From a virus: a DNA stretch of 64,000 bases. Under the pieces are notes generated by a model, which was given only the letters and a program-made list of their open reading frames with translations, made no database searches and was not told the origin of the DNA. The stretch covers positions 3,862 through 67,861 of the IMG/VR virus record IMGVR_UViG_3300044547_000928; one strand, 5' to 3'. Shown here piece after piece: positions 63,299-64,000 of the stretch; position 1 is the stretch's first letter, and every line of letters starts with the position of its first letter. Made by a program: the position numbers and the translations under genes.

Positions 63299-63976
63299 AT
63301 GGATGAGCAAATGAAAATAGAATTCCCTGCTGGACGGTCGTCTGGAATTGCTGTAGTAAAAAATGCAATCCCAGAGAATGTATGTTCAGAATTGGTAGAT
63401 AAATGTCTTGAAAACTATGACACGCTTTTTTCACCAGGACCAACACTTGGTGGGATTAATCTAAAGGTAAAAAATACAATGGATTTTTCCTTCTCAAAAG
63501 ATGTCGTCGATTCTTTTGGTATTGATAGTTCTGTGTTTTCTAAGTGTGAAGATGCAATATCAATGGGCCTTTATTCAGCCCTGGCAATGTATGTTCAGGA
63601 GTATAAAGAATTACACCATGTCGATTTATATGACACTGGGTATAGACTTCAAAGATATTTCCCAAGAAGTGGATTCTACAGGTCACACACAGATGGCGAC
63701 CCTTGGTCTCCAGCGCCGATTAATCTGCGCGTTCTTGGTATAGTCATGTATCTAAACACCGTGTCGGTTGGTGGAGGGACTGGATTCCCAGAACACGATG
63801 TTGTTATTCCAGCCTCTGTTGGGGATATATCAATTTTTCCTGCCTACTGGACACACCCACATGTTGGGAGGGTCCCAATATCTGGAGATAAATGGATGAT
63901 TAGCACATTCATTGTGTGCAATGAGCCAGAGCCTAAACCGATTAAATACGAGTGCAAGCCATCATTGATTGTATGA
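63299..63976 (+). CDS. 2OG-Fe(II) oxygenase
   Basis: LQRY, H.D, YLN....GG.T.F, FPA.WTH.H.G..P.S..K. Confidence 0.9.
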   Translation: MDEQMKIEFPAGRSSGIAVVKNAIPENVCSELVDKCLENYDTLFSPGPTLGGINLKVKNTMDFSFSKDVVDSFGIDSSVFSKCEDAISMGLYSALAMYVQEYKELHHVDLYDTGYRLQRYFPRSGFYRSHTDGDPWSPAPINLRVLGIVMYLNTVSVGGGTGFPEHDVVIPASVGDISIFPAYWTHPHVGRVPISGDKWMISTFIVCNEPEPKPIKYECKPSLIV

Positions 63977-64000
63977 CAAATATAAAGAGTCCAAAAATAC

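Larger units (their letters stand above)
1..64000. mobile_element. Tailed dsDNA bacteriophage genome segment, probable actinobacterial host
   Basis: Terminase, portal, HK97 protease and capsid, neck and fibre genes; WhiB; no host housekeeping genes; no integrase seen in the window. Confidence 0.96.

Noticed and set aside
1-64000. tRNA, rRNA or stop-codon recoding
   Set aside because: No cloverleaf with a T-loop motif was recognised, and genes are full length and tightly packed in the standard code.

Overview
The whole window looks like part of a large tailed dsDNA phage genome. The host is most likely an actinobacterium (WhiB gene, Gram-positive-type LexA boxes, leaderless genes). There are three parts. 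(1) 1-19.4 kb is an early or accessory region of about 45 small + strand genes, almost each behind its own near-consensus sigma70/SigA promoter (about 30 counted). Eight of these promoters are fused to a covarying hairpin whose loop forms the -35 box. The intergenic DNA is unusually structured: gene-less promoters feed structured RNAs, several hairpin loops are complementary to Shine-Dalgarno sequences or are C-rich, a fixed-spacing three-part element recurs five times about 3-4 kb apart, and LexA boxes, DnaA boxes and TGATATATCA dyads cluster towards about 19.4 kb, a possible genome end or origin. (2) 19.5-41 kb holds a short minus-strand operon, then terminase, HNH, lytic transglycosylase, exonuclease/Nmad1/SSB, a portal-MuF fusion, a multidomain HK97 prohead protease, a metallophosphoesterase, the HK97 major capsid protein and neck genes. 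(3) 41-64 kb is about 19 kb of fibre and Gly-rich structural genes in repeated cassettes, ending in a His/Pro/Gly-repeat protein followed directly by two 2OG-Fe(II) oxygenases and a flavin-dependent halogenase. The best candidates for an undescribed system are the anti-SD and C-loop small RNA family with the periodic regulator-binding islands of the early region, and the His-rich fibre plus modifying-enzyme cluster. All calls were made by eye; no database searches were run.
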